The notes beneath the pieces are model-generated. The model made no database searches. It saw nothing but the letters and a program-made list of their open reading frames with translations, and was not told the origin of the DNA. Shown here one piece after another: positions 49,509 through 59,069 of a stretch of 64,000 nucleotides of DNA (position 1 is its first letter; each line of letters starts with the position of its first letter). The DNA lies in contig CAWHAE010000020.1 of assembly GCA_963827235.1 (NCBI GenBank), positions 64,001 to 128,000 on the forward strand, in the 5' to 3' direction. The stretch comes from an uncultured bacterium (GTDB lineage: Bacteria > Chloroflexota > UBA5177 > JANWHV01). A program made the position numbers and the translations under genes.

Positions 49509-50437
49509 GCCGAATCCCTCCGCATCAACAGGACGGTGGCCGTGCAGAAGACGGTGACGGTGACCAACATGATTACGCTGAGCGCAGCACCGTATCCGAA
49601 ATTGAACCAGCGGAACGACTGGAAGTAGCTGTACAGCGTCATGGTCTGTGTCGCTGTGCCGGGGCCGCCGTTCGTCAGCACCCAGATGATGTCGAAGGTG
49701 TCGAATGCGTCGATGGCCCGGAATATCACGGCAACCAGGATCACATTGCGCATGAACGGCAGCGTGAGCAGCCGGAACGTGGCCAGGCGGCTGGCGCCGT
49801 CCACGCGCGCCGCTTCGAACGGTTCGACCGGCATGGACTGCAATCCTGCCGTGAGCAGGAGGAACATGAACGGCGTCCACTGCCACACGTCGACCGTGAT
49901 GACCGAGGCAAGTGCGAGGCGACTGCTGTTGAGCCAGTCCGGCTGGCCCAGCCCGAGCTGCGACAGAATGTAGTCGAAGTAGCCGTAGGTGGGCCCATAA
50001 AGCATGCGCCAGGCCAGGCCCACGATCACGGGGGTCATGGACATGGGCAGCAGCATCAGAGTGCGCACCAGTCCCAGCCCGCGAAGCTTCCGATTCAGCA
50101 GCAGGGCGAGGGCAAAACCGAGCAGGAACTCGGTCAGCACGGCACCGCTCGTGAAGATTCCGGTGGTGCGGACGCTGTCCCAGAACATGGGATCTTCTTT
50201 GATCAGCCGGTAGTTGTCTAGGCCGATAAAGTTGCCGTTCGGCGAGGTGGAGTTGACGCCGTAGTCGGTCAGGCTCAACCAGATCACGTAGCCGATCGGG
50301 AAGAGAGTGAGCGCCGCCAGCACAACAACTGCCGGCCCAAGCATGAACACCGGCAGGAGCCGGTCGGATCGTCGTCCACGACGACCCGACCGCGCATTAT
50401 CCTTGCTGAGCGCGGCTGGCCGCGACCCGATTGCCAA
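49505..50437 (-). CDS. Carbohydrate ABC transporter permease
   Basis: FIGLDNY, DVWQWTPFMFL, EAARVDGA, LTNGGPG; TTG 50437 with RBS-like AGGA. Confidence 0.92.
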   Translation of the reverse strand: MAIGSRPAALSKDNARSGRRGRRSDRLLPVFMLGPAVVVLAALTLFPIGYVIWLSLTDYGVNSTSPNGNFIGLDNYRLIKEDPMFWDSVRTTGIFTSGAVLTEFLLGFALALLLNRKLRGLGLVRTLMLLPMSMTPVIVGLAWRMLYGPTYGYFDYILSQLGLGQPDWLNSSRLALASVITVDVWQWTPFMFLLLTAGLQSMPVEPFEAARVDGASRLATFRLLTLPFMRNVILVAVIFRAIDAFDTFDIIWVLTNGGPGTATQTMTLYSYFQSFRWFNFGYGAALSVIMLVTVTVFCTATVLLMRRDSA

Positions 50438-50662
50438 TGTCCTACGTCCTTCGCTACCGGCGCCGGATTGTCTCCAGGACTGTGCCGATGTCACCAACCA
50501 CAATGCCAGCCACGTCACTGCCTCCGCGGCACCGTGCCCGCGATACCCTGGCGGCGACCGCCACGGCACTGCACTGCGCCCGCCCGCCCGGTGGACCGGA
50601 GGGCACCGCGATCGCCACTACCCCGAACGGTAGCCGGCGCCGGCTCGCCCTTGGCACGTCGT

Positions 50663-52048
50663 TCAGTGAATATAGTGGCCCATGCGAAGCTGCAGAAGGA
50701 TATCGTTCTGGGCCGAGTCGAGGGCATCCTTTGCCGACGCGGAGCCCGAGATCGCTTCCTGAACGGCGATACTGATCCGATCTCCCATCTGGAGCCATCC
50801 CGCGAAACGAGGCCTGAACTCGGGATTGGCAAGGGAGAGCGACCTCCGCACGACCGGCAGCCACTCGCCGTTGGCAATCTTCTTCGAGGCGGCGACCACG
50901 CGCGGATCGCTCCACAGCGACGTCCGATTGGTGATCGGCGTCATGTTCAGCTTGGAGAGCATGACCGGCGCGCTGTTGGCCCATTGCACGAACAGCCAGG
51001 CGGCATCTTTGTGGGATGACTTGGCGTTGATGCCGAGCAGCCAGGAGAACTCGGAAGGCCACGTTCCTCCCGGCCCGCCGGGAACCACGCCCGCGCCCCA
51101 TTTGCCGACGGTCTTGGACGCACTGGGATCCTCCAGCGAAGGCCCGTTGTCGAAGGTGTCGAGAATGGAAGCTATCTGGCCCTGGGCTGCGCCGGTGTCG
51201 ACCTCGTTCCATCCCATGCTGGCCGCTCCGGGAGGACCGTACTTGTTGAGTGTGTCGACCATCCATTGCGTGGCCGCGACGTTGCCTGCTGAGTTGACGG
51301 TCGGGGTGAGGTCGGTGGGAAAGTTCTTGAAGAAGCCGCCGCCAAAGGCTCGCGCGATAGACGTCCACCTGTAGACGTTCTGATCCTGCCCTTTCAGGCC
51401 GATCAGTCCGATGCCGTAGATGTGGTGCGCTTTGTCGGTGACCTTCGCGGCGTCGGCAGCCCACTCGGCGTATGTCGCCGGCGGGTGCGTGATGCCGGCC
51501 TTGGCGAACAGGTCCTTGCGGTAGAACACCATCGAGGTTTCCGGGTACTCGGGCAGCGCGTAGGTGGTGGCATTGATCACGCCAAGAGGGACGAACTTCG
51601 GCAGGATGTCTCCGGCGTTGAACCACTTCGCGTCGGTCAGCTTGCTGTTGCCGAGGTACGGTGTCAGCGGCTCCAGATAGTTGAGCCGCACCCACTGTGG
51701 GACGACCATGGAGTCGATCTGCATGACGTCGATCGTGCCGGCACCAGATACCAGATCGGTGAGGTTCTTCTGCGTGACGTCTTCGTACTTCTGATAGTTG
51801 ACGTTGATTCCGGTGAGGCGGTGAAACAGATCGATATGCTGGTGCAGCGCATCGGTGTCCAGCTGGTCGGTCATCGCCACGTTGATCGACTGCCCGGCGA
51901 ACTGTCTCCAGTTGATGTGCGCCGACAGGTAGGGTGCCAGGTCACTGGTCGCCGCGTGAGTGACCGGCGCCGCCGGCAGAACCATCGCCGTGAAAGCGCC
52001 GAGCATGAAGACCCTGAGCATCAGCCTGCGAGATAGACTGCCCCCCAT
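50663..52048 (-). CDS. Sugar ABC transporter substrate-binding protein (possible Tat substrate)
   Basis: SRRLML twin-arginine-like signal ending THA-A; YALP, FYRKDLF, SWLLGINAKS, AWLFVQWA. Confidence 0.88.
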   Translation of the reverse strand: MGGSLSRRLMLRVFMLGAFTAMVLPAAPVTHAATSDLAPYLSAHINWRQFAGQSINVAMTDQLDTDALHQHIDLFHRLTGINVNYQKYEDVTQKNLTDLVSGAGTIDVMQIDSMVVPQWVRLNYLEPLTPYLGNSKLTDAKWFNAGDILPKFVPLGVINATTYALPEYPETSMVFYRKDLFAKAGITHPPATYAEWAADAAKVTDKAHHIYGIGLIGLKGQDQNVYRWTSIARAFGGGFFKNFPTDLTPTVNSAGNVAATQWMVDTLNKYGPPGAASMGWNEVDTGAAQGQIASILDTFDNGPSLEDPSASKTVGKWGAGVVPGGPGGTWPSEFSWLLGINAKSSHKDAAWLFVQWANSAPVMLSKLNMTPITNRTSLWSDPRVVAASKKIANGEWLPVVRRSLSLANPEFRPRFAGWLQMGDRISIAVQEAISGSASAKDALDSAQNDILLQLRMGHYIH

Positions 52049-52254
52049 GTTCCTCTTTACCCCCTTCGCTCTGAGCCGCCGCCGAGAAGGCATTTCCGCG
52101 ATATCCGCGCTCTCGGACGGCCATTGCACTGCCCTGACTTAGGGCTGAAACGCTCGGCGTCGATAGCCGCACCGCGCGTCGGCGCGCATGACGTGGGGTC
52201 GCCCGCGAGACTCCCGTGTCGACCTGCGAGGGCTCGCCACAGTGTGCCAATAGT

Positions 52255-52270
52255 TTATAATGATATTATA
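52255..52270. promoter_or_regulatory. Palindrome TATAAT-GAT-ATTATA: back-to-back -10 boxes and/or operator
   Basis: Inverted repeat in the divergent spacer; shares TTATAATGA with sites at 55874 and 59046. Confidence 0.55.
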
Positions 52271-52410
52271 GCGAGTGTCCAGGCGAGTGCTGTCAAGAAA
52301 CGGATCCGCCGGTGCCGCGGAGCTCTTGCCGCGCGAACGCCTGCAGGTCGCCGGTGGGGCCGCGCGGGCTTACCCCTCCGGCGTAATACCCTAGAGCCCC
52401 TTGTGGAGGA

Positions 52411-53583
52411 ATGATGACGGGCCCTGCCGCGGCAGTCGCTCCCGACGCCGTATTGTCTCACCTCGCCGACCTCGTGCGCATTAACTCCATCAACCCGCTG
52501 CTCGTGGCCGGCGCTCCCGGTGAGGCCGCAATCGCTGCCCACGTGGCGGCCTGGGCCAGATCGCGTGGCCTCGAGGTGGCGACACCGGAGGTGGCTCCCG
52601 GCCGGCCCAACGCAATCGTCCGCCTCAGGGGCACCGGCGGCGGTCGAACGCTGATCCTCAACGTGCATATGGATACCGTGGGTGTGGACGGCATGACCAT
52701 ACCTCCCTTCGATCCGCGCATAGACAACGGTCGCATGTATGGCCGCGGCAGCGGAGACACGAAGGCCTCGCTGGCCGCTATGATCGGTGCCATCGAGGCG
52801 CTGCAGCGCAGCGGCTCGAATCTGCGCGGCGATGTCGTGCTGGCCGGGGTTGCCGACGAGGAGTATAGCTCCCTTGGTAGCGAGCACATGGCCCGCACGG
52901 AGAAGGCGGACGGCTGCATTATGGGCGAGAGCAGCAGCTTGAACCGCCTCGTGGCCCATCAGGGATTTGCCTGGTACGAGATCCAGACCATCGGCCGCGC
53001 GGCGCACGGCATGTTTCCCGACCAGGGCATCGATGCCATCTCTGCCATGGGCAAGGTGCTACCCGAGCTCGATCGCCTGGACCGCGAGGTGTGGAGCAAG
53101 AACGTGCATCCACTGGCCGGCCGCTGCGTTTTCCACAACGGTACCATCCGGGGCGGCGTCGAGCCGGGCATCTATCCCGCCGACTGCAGTCTGCAGATCG
53201 AGATTGGCTGCAACCCCGGTGAGACGATGGCGAACAGGAAGGTTGAGCTCGAGGCAGTCCTGGCACGGCTGGCCGCGCAGGATGCGAAGTTCCGGGCGCG
53301 GATCGTCACGCTCGTCGAGCGCGAGCCGTTCGAGAGCAATCCCGATGCGGCGGTGACCACGATCCTGGGCCAGTGCGTGCGAGAGATCGCAGGTATGGAA
53401 TCGCCGCTGGTGGGCGAGAACGCCTGGATGGACGCGGCCCTCGTGGAGGCAGCCGGCATCCCGACCGTCGTCTTTGGGCCGGCAGGCGGCGGTTATCATG
53501 GAGCGGTAGAGTGGGTCGATACTGAGCAGGTCGTGCTGGCGGCACGCGTCCTGGCGGAGACGGCCGCGCGGTTCTGTGCGTGA
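52411..53583 (+). CDS. M20 ArgE/DapE-like deacylase (acetylornithine deacetylase family)
   Basis: HMDTVG, GRGSGDTK, ADEE, GES, GRAAHG, WMDAA, GYHGAVE metal-site motifs. Confidence 0.88.
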   Translation: MMTGPAAAVAPDAVLSHLADLVRINSINPLLVAGAPGEAAIAAHVAAWARSRGLEVATPEVAPGRPNAIVRLRGTGGGRTLILNVHMDTVGVDGMTIPPFDPRIDNGRMYGRGSGDTKASLAAMIGAIEALQRSGSNLRGDVVLAGVADEEYSSLGSEHMARTEKADGCIMGESSSLNRLVAHQGFAWYEIQTIGRAAHGMFPDQGIDAISAMGKVLPELDRLDREVWSKNVHPLAGRCVFHNGTIRGGVEPGIYPADCSLQIEIGCNPGETMANRKVELEAVLARLAAQDAKFRARIVTLVEREPFESNPDAAVTTILGQCVREIAGMESPLVGENAWMDAALVEAAGIPTVVFGPAGGGYHGAVEWVDTEQVVLAARVLAETAARFCA

Positions 53584-54357
53584 GTGCCGATGACTAAGTA
53601 CCAGCGAACCATGGGTCTCATTCTGCGCCTGATCGATGAGCAGGGGCTGATGCCGGGTGATCGGCTGCCGACCGAGGCCGAGCTCGCGAATATCGCCGGT
53701 GTCAGCATGATCACTCTGCGACGGGCGATAGGCGACCTGGTGGCTCGCGGGGTGCTGATTCGCCGGCAGGGTCGGGGCACATTTGTGGCGCGAGAGCGCA
53801 TCATGAGCCGTGTGGCGCAGCCCGGCCCGTTGAAGGCCGGGATCGGCGACGGAAACCTGGACCTGACGAGCGCCGTGGTGCGCTTCGCACGCAGAGAGTG
53901 CCCGGAGCGTGCCGCCCACTACCTTTCGGTCGAGCCGGGATCGTCGTGCTGGGAGATCGTGCGCACGCGCGGCACAAATGGCATTCCGCTGCTTATCGAT
54001 CTCGCAATCGTGCCGGCCCAGCAGGCCCCGCTCCTGCGGGCCTCCGACCTCGAGGGTCAGGTATCCCTCTACCAGACACTGGAAGACCAGTACGGCCTGG
54101 TCGACGCGCGGGACGAACAGGTCTTGTCGGTCGTCAATCCGCTGGAGGAGGAGCGGGAGCTTCTCGGACTGGGTCCGGACTCCCGTCTGGTGGCCGTGGA
54201 GGGCGCCTCGTTCACCGCGGAAAATGTAGCCTTCGCCTATTTCCGGCTGTTATTCGACGCGGCCCGTTTCGCGTTTCGTATCGGCGGAGAGCGTGCCCTC
54301 CTGGTACCGGTGCCGCGCGACGAGACCGCTCCTCAACCTTGGATAGCTGCTTGGTAA
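53584..54357 (+). CDS. GntR-family regulator, HutC/UTRA subfamily
   Basis: GDRLPTEAEL, VSMITLRRAI, RRQGRGTFV; C-terminal UTRA-like SLYQTLEDQYG. Confidence 0.9.
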   Translation: MPMTKYQRTMGLILRLIDEQGLMPGDRLPTEAELANIAGVSMITLRRAIGDLVARGVLIRRQGRGTFVARERIMSRVAQPGPLKAGIGDGNLDLTSAVVRFARRECPERAAHYLSVEPGSSCWEIVRTRGTNGIPLLIDLAIVPAQQAPLLRASDLEGQVSLYQTLEDQYGLVDARDEQVLSVVNPLEEERELLGLGPDSRLVAVEGASFTAENVAFAYFRLLFDAARFAFRIGGERALLVPVPRDETAPQPWIAAW

Positions 54358-55850
54358 CCGAGCTGTATCTTGGTCTTGACCTGGGTACGTCGTCGATTAA
54401 GGCGGTGGCAATGGACGTCGCCGGCGTCGTGCGCGCGCGAGCGAGCCGAGCGTACGTCACGTCGACGGCCCAACCGGGTTGGGCGGAACAGGATCCGGGC
54501 GAGTGGCTGGCCGCCGCCGCGGAGGCCTTGCGCGATCTCGTATCGTCGCTACCCACCTCGGCCGTGCCGCGCGCCATGGCCGTGACCGGACAGATGCCCA
54601 CGCTGGTCCTCCTGGACGGCGAAGACCGCCCGGTGCGGCCGGCAATCGTGTGGCACGATGGGCGTGCCGAGGAGGAGGCGGAGGCCCTGCTTGCTGCCAT
54701 TCCGTCGCCCGAGTGGTATCGCCGGTCGGGGATCGTGCTCGACGGGCACTACCTGGCTCCCATGTACGACTGGGTGCGCGCTCACGAGCCGCCGCTGGCG
54801 CGCGCCTCGCGACGCCTGTGTAGTGCCAAAGACGCGGTGGTCCTCGTTCTGACCGGCAGCTATGTGACCGATCCATCGACGGCCTCGGGTTACGGCGTGT
54901 ACGCGCCGCTCCGGCGCGCCTGGGACGAGCGCCTGCTGGCTTCCGCCGGGATCGCACCGGAAACCCTGCCCGCGGTAGTCGACTCCTGCGCGATTGCCGG
55001 CGGGCTGGCGCCCGCCTGGAAGTCGACCGGGCTGCCCGTGGGTCTGCCGGTGATTGCCGGTGCCGCGGATGCCCTGGCCGGCGTCTTGGGGTGTGGCGCC
55101 GCCGGTGCCAACGTGCTGACGATAGTCAATGGCACCAGCAGCTCGCTGGTGCTCGGCAGTCGAGAACCGGCACTCGACGGCTCCTGCCGGTTTCTCCTGA
55201 CGCCCCATGCACTGCCGGATCTGTGGGGTCTTGAGATGGATCTGATGTCCACCGGATCGGCCCTGCGCTGGCTGGCGGAGCTCGTCGATCCGGATCAGCA
55301 GCATGACGTCTTCGAGCGCGCCGCCGGATCTCCGGCCGGTGCCCGCGGTGTGGTGGCGCTCCCATACCTGGCCGGTGGCGAGCAGGGGGCGCTCTGGGAT
55401 CCGCGCGTTCCCGCCGCGCTGATCGGTCTCAGGCTCGAGCACACGGCCGATGACCTGGCCAGGGCGATGCTCGAAGGCATCGTGTTCGAGATACGGCGCT
55501 GCATCTCGGTGTGGGAGGGCGCCGGTGTGCCGGTGCAAGAGGTCGTGGCCGGCGGCGGCTTTGGTGGCCGGCGCTTCGCGCCGTTCGCCGCCTCGGTGCT
55601 GGGACGCCCCGTCCGCGAAGCGGGACCGGATGCCGGCTCCGCTCTCGGGGCGGCCCTGCTGGCAGCGATCGGCGTCGGTGCCATGGACGCCGGTAAGGCC
55701 GCTGCGCTGTGCAGGCGGCAGGGCGGCGGAATCAGCGAGCCGGACGCGGCCCTCACCGGTCGCTACGCCGAGCTCTACGCTCGCTACGAACATGTGACCG
55801 CGATCGCGCGCGAACGGCTGGGTCCCGCCATGGCGCAATACTCACCATAG
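54351..55850 (+). CDS. FGGY-family carbohydrate kinase (xylulokinase-like)
   Basis: LGLDLGTSSIKA, GWAEQDP, TGQM, WHDGRA, TDPSTASG, LPYLAGGE; TTG 54351 overlaps the GntR stop. Confidence 0.9.
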   Translation: MVTELYLGLDLGTSSIKAVAMDVAGVVRARASRAYVTSTAQPGWAEQDPGEWLAAAAEALRDLVSSLPTSAVPRAMAVTGQMPTLVLLDGEDRPVRPAIVWHDGRAEEEAEALLAAIPSPEWYRRSGIVLDGHYLAPMYDWVRAHEPPLARASRRLCSAKDAVVLVLTGSYVTDPSTASGYGVYAPLRRAWDERLLASAGIAPETLPAVVDSCAIAGGLAPAWKSTGLPVGLPVIAGAADALAGVLGCGAAGANVLTIVNGTSSSLVLGSREPALDGSCRFLLTPHALPDLWGLEMDLMSTGSALRWLAELVDPDQQHDVFERAAGSPAGARGVVALPYLAGGEQGALWDPRVPAALIGLRLEHTADDLARAMLEGIVFEIRRCISVWEGAGVPVQEVVAGGGFGGRRFAPFAASVLGRPVREAGPDAGSALGAALLAAIGVGAMDAGKAAALCRRQGGGISEPDAALTGRYAELYARYEHVTAIARERLGPAMAQYSP

Positions 55851-55866
55851 CCGTCGCAGAGCTCGG

Positions 55867-55882
55867 TATGATATTATAATGA
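55867..55882 (+). promoter_or_regulatory. AT-rich site TATGATATTATAATGA (promoter -10 and/or operator)
   Basis: In the spacer before oppB; closely similar to the sites at 52255 and 59041. Confidence 0.5.
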
Positions 55883-55962
55883 CCTGACAGGGAGATGGAC
55901 GGCAGACCGGGCAGGTACCACGACGGGCCTGACGCCCGGACGGCCGGAGTAAGGGGTCAGAG

Positions 55963-56907
55963 GTGCGGCTTCTCGTCTTCGTCGTCAAGCGACTGATCAG
56001 CATGGTGATCATCCTGCTTGCCGCCAGTCTGCTGACGTTCCTGCTCGTCGCCTACGCGCCTGGCAATCCTATTCGTACGAATATCGTGCAGCACGCCTCG
56101 CCCGAGACACTCAGGATGCTCGAGCACCGGTACGGACTCGATCTTCCGATCTGGCACCGCTACCTGAACTACATCGGCGACCTTGCGCACGGCAACCTCG
56201 GCCTGTCGCTGGTGCAGCCGGGTACGTCGGTCAACGACATTCTCGCCAGCGGCTTACCGGTTTCGCTGAAGCTCGGCGGCTGGGCGCTGGCCGTGGCACT
56301 GGCTGCCGGTGTGCCGCTCGGCGTGCTCGCCGCGGTGCGGCGAAACAGGCCGATCTCCGACAACCTGAACATGGCGGTGATGCTTATCCTGTACAGCGTG
56401 CCGCCGTTCGTGTTGATACCTGTGCTGCAGGTGATCTTTTCGGTGCGCCTCGGCTGGCTTCCGGCCGGGCAGTGGGGCGACGACGGCTGGCTGGGCGTCA
56501 AGGAGTACGTGCTCCCGGTGACCGTGTACGCTGCGGGACTGGCCGGCTTCTTCGCACGCTCGGTGCGCAGCTTCATGCTCGAGGTGCTCAATCAGGACTA
56601 CATCCGCATGGCTCGTGCGAAAGGCCTGCGTGAGCGGAGGGTCATCTACCTGCATGCCATGAAGAACACCCTGCTCCCCTTCGCCTCGGTGCTCGGGCCG
56701 ACCATTGCCTACCTCGTGGTCGGCGCCTTCATCGTGGAAAACCTGTTCAGCATACCCGGCATCGGCCAGATCACGGTACAGGCGACGCTACAAGACGACA
56801 TGACCGTGACGGAAGCCACGACGTTGGTGCTGGCCGTCGCCGTGGTGGTGATCAACGCGCTCACGGACATTTTCTACACGTTCGCCGATCCGCGGGTGAA
56901 GCTATGA
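55963..56907 (+). CDS. Peptide ABC transporter permease (OppB-like)
   Basis: PGNP, YGLDLP, GNLGLS, DYIRMARAKG, ENLFSIPGIG. Confidence 0.92.
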   Translation: MRLLVFVVKRLISMVIILLAASLLTFLLVAYAPGNPIRTNIVQHASPETLRMLEHRYGLDLPIWHRYLNYIGDLAHGNLGLSLVQPGTSVNDILASGLPVSLKLGGWALAVALAAGVPLGVLAAVRRNRPISDNLNMAVMLILYSVPPFVLIPVLQVIFSVRLGWLPAGQWGDDGWLGVKEYVLPVTVYAAGLAGFFARSVRSFMLEVLNQDYIRMARAKGLRERRVIYLHAMKNTLLPFASVLGPTIAYLVVGAFIVENLFSIPGIGQITVQATLQDDMTVTEATTLVLAVAVVVINALTDIFYTFADPRVKL

Positions 56908-57908
56908 GCGACGCGATCGAGGGTTCCCGCGCCGCCGCCAAGGCGCGTGGCACGGGCGGCGAGCGCTCTGACCTGGACACTGACTTCCTGCCTGTTGGCG
57001 AAGAGCTGGTCGCCGAGATGCAGGTGGTGCACCCGTCCTCGCCGCTTCGCGAAGCCGCGCGCCGCTTCGCGGCAAACAGGCCGGCCCTTGTCAGCGCCGT
57101 CCTGATCGTCGTGTTGTTCGTGGTCGCGATCACTGCCAACTACCTACCTCTGCAGGATCCGTTTCGCCATGGCTCGGACTTCATCACCGACGCGCCGCCC
57201 AGCAGCAAGCACTGGCTGGGCACCGACGGAGCCGGACTGGACGAGTTCAGTCGTATGATCTATGGTCTCCGCCCGGCCTTCGCCGTGGGCGTGATCGGCC
57301 AGGTGATTACCACGGTGCTCGGCGTGCTGTTCGGTGTGGTCGCCGGCTATTATGGCGGCTGGATCGATACGATTCTGGCCCGCATCACCGATCTGATGTT
57401 CGCGTTCCCATCCTTCCTGCTGGCCTTCCTCGTGGTAGGACTCTTCGGCCCGCAGTTCGCGCAGTATGGCGGCGGAACCGGAAGCGTGGTGTTGATCACC
57501 GTCGTGTTCGCCTTCGTGGGCTGGCCGGGGCTGATGCGCTTCGTGCGCAGTCTGGCGCTCTCGCTGAAAGAGCAGCAATTCGTCGAGGCTGCCCGCACGA
57601 TAGGCACTCCCGAGTGGAAGATCATCGTGCGGCACATCCTGCCCAGCACCTGGGGATTGGTGATGGTCCAGGCCACGTTCGGGGTGGGCGCGTACATCGG
57701 CAATGAGGCAGTGCTGTCGCTGCTCGGGCTCGGCGTGCAGAAGCCGAATGCCGACCTTGGCGTGATGGTCAACGATGGCATCGGCCAGCTTACCCTGAAT
57801 CCGGTGGAGGCCATAGCGCCGAGCGTGCTGCTGACCGCCCTCATCGTCGCCTTCGCCTTCGTCGGCGACGGGCTTCGCGACGCGGTCGACCCACAGGGAG
57901 CCGAATGA
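56904..57908 (+). CDS. Peptide ABC transporter permease (OppC-like)
   Basis: [31 protein letters not shown]. Confidence 0.92.
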   Translation: MSDAIEGSRAAAKARGTGGERSDLDTDFLPVGEELVAEMQVVHPSSPLREAARRFAANRPALVSAVLIVVLFVVAITANYLPLQDPFRHGSDFITDAPPSSKHWLGTDGAGLDEFSRMIYGLRPAFAVGVIGQVITTVLGVLFGVVAGYYGGWIDTILARITDLMFAFPSFLLAFLVVGLFGPQFAQYGGGTGSVVLITVVFAFVGWPGLMRFVRSLALSLKEQQFVEAARTIGTPEWKIIVRHILPSTWGLVMVQATFGVGAYIGNEAVLSLLGLGVQKPNADLGVMVNDGIGQLTLNPVEAIAPSVLLTALIVAFAFVGDGLRDAVDPQGAE

Positions 57909-58885
57909 TGCAGAGCGACGTGCTGTTGAGCGTGCACGACCTGCGTACTCAGTTCTTCACCCGTGCAGGGATCGTGAAGGCGGTCGATGGCGTCTCGTTC
58001 GAGCTGCGCACCGGAGAGACGCTGGGCATAGTCGGTGAGTCGGGCTCCGGAAAGAGCGTCACCGCGCTGTCGATCATGCGCTTGATCCCCGACCCACCCG
58101 GCCGCATCGTGGGAGGATCGCTCCAATTCGACGGACTTGACCTCATGCATCTCGACAAGCGCCGCCTGCGTGAGATTCGCGGCAACTCCATGAGCATGAT
58201 CTTCCAGGATCCGATGACGTCACTCAATCCGGTGATCACGATCGGCGACCAGCTCAGGGAGACGCTGTACGCGCACAGGCGCGTCAGCCGCAGGGAAGCG
58301 CATGCGCGGGCCGTCGAGCTGCTGGAGCGGGTGGGAATCCCCCAGCCCGAGCCGCGGCTCAGAGATTATCCGCACAACTTCTCGGGTGGCATGCGGCAGC
58401 GCGTGGTGATCGCCATGGCCCTGGCCTGCGAGCCGCGGCTGATCATCGCCGACGAGCCCACCACCGCCCTCGACGTCACCATCCAGGCGCAGATCCTCGA
58501 GCTCATCCGTGGCCTGAGTGTGGAACGCGGAACGTCGGTACTGCTGATCACCCACGACCTTGGGGTCGTTGCCAACATGTGCGACCGAGTCGTGGTCATG
58601 TACGGCGGCAAAGTGCTGGAAGCCGGATCCATTCACGACATCTACAGTAATCCCGTGCAACCGTACACACGTGGTCTGCTGGGCTCGATACCCAGGCTCG
58701 ACCAGCGTCGAGGCGAGAAGCTTACGCCGATTCCCGGCAGTCCGCCGGACATGTTGCACACGCTTCCCGGCTGTCCCTTTGTGCCGCGCTGCCCGCAGGC
58801 TGTGCGGCGGTGCCTGCTGCAGATGCCGCCTCTCTCGGCGGTAGCTCCCGCACATCTGGCGGCCTGCTGGATGATCGGCCGATGA
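57905..58885 (+). CDS. Peptide ABC transporter ATP-binding protein (OppD-like)
   Basis: [37 protein letters not shown]. Confidence 0.95.
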   Translation: MMQSDVLLSVHDLRTQFFTRAGIVKAVDGVSFELRTGETLGIVGESGSGKSVTALSIMRLIPDPPGRIVGGSLQFDGLDLMHLDKRRLREIRGNSMSMIFQDPMTSLNPVITIGDQLRETLYAHRRVSRREAHARAVELLERVGIPQPEPRLRDYPHNFSGGMRQRVVIAMALACEPRLIIADEPTTALDVTIQAQILELIRGLSVERGTSVLLITHDLGVVANMCDRVVVMYGGKVLEAGSIHDIYSNPVQPYTRGLLGSIPRLDQRRGEKLTPIPGSPPDMLHTLPGCPFVPRCPQAVRRCLLQMPPLSAVAPAHLAACWMIGR

Positions 58886-59040
58886 GCGTCACGGCGGTGC
58901 GGCGGCCGCATCAGCGTTCGTGGCGGCAGGCGACCCGCGCCGCCCCCGGCTCGAGTGCCGCTGGCCGGTGGGGGCATTCGTGCCGCTGGCCGGCAGCCCG
59001 GCCCTGGGCAGGCTTGACGGCCGCCGGGTCGAAGTGTAAA

Positions 59041-59054
59041 TATGATTATAATGA
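59041..59054 (+). promoter_or_regulatory. AT-rich site TATGATTATAATGA (promoter -10 and/or operator)
   Basis: 15 nt upstream of the aminotransferase ATG; third copy of TTATAATGA. Confidence 0.5.
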
Positions 59055-59069
59055 TTTGAGGGATGGGAA

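Noticed and set aside
53898-54350. N-terminal extension of the FGGY kinase in the 650-aa ORF call
   Set aside because: It overlaps the GntR gene; the kinase motif starts just after TTG 54351
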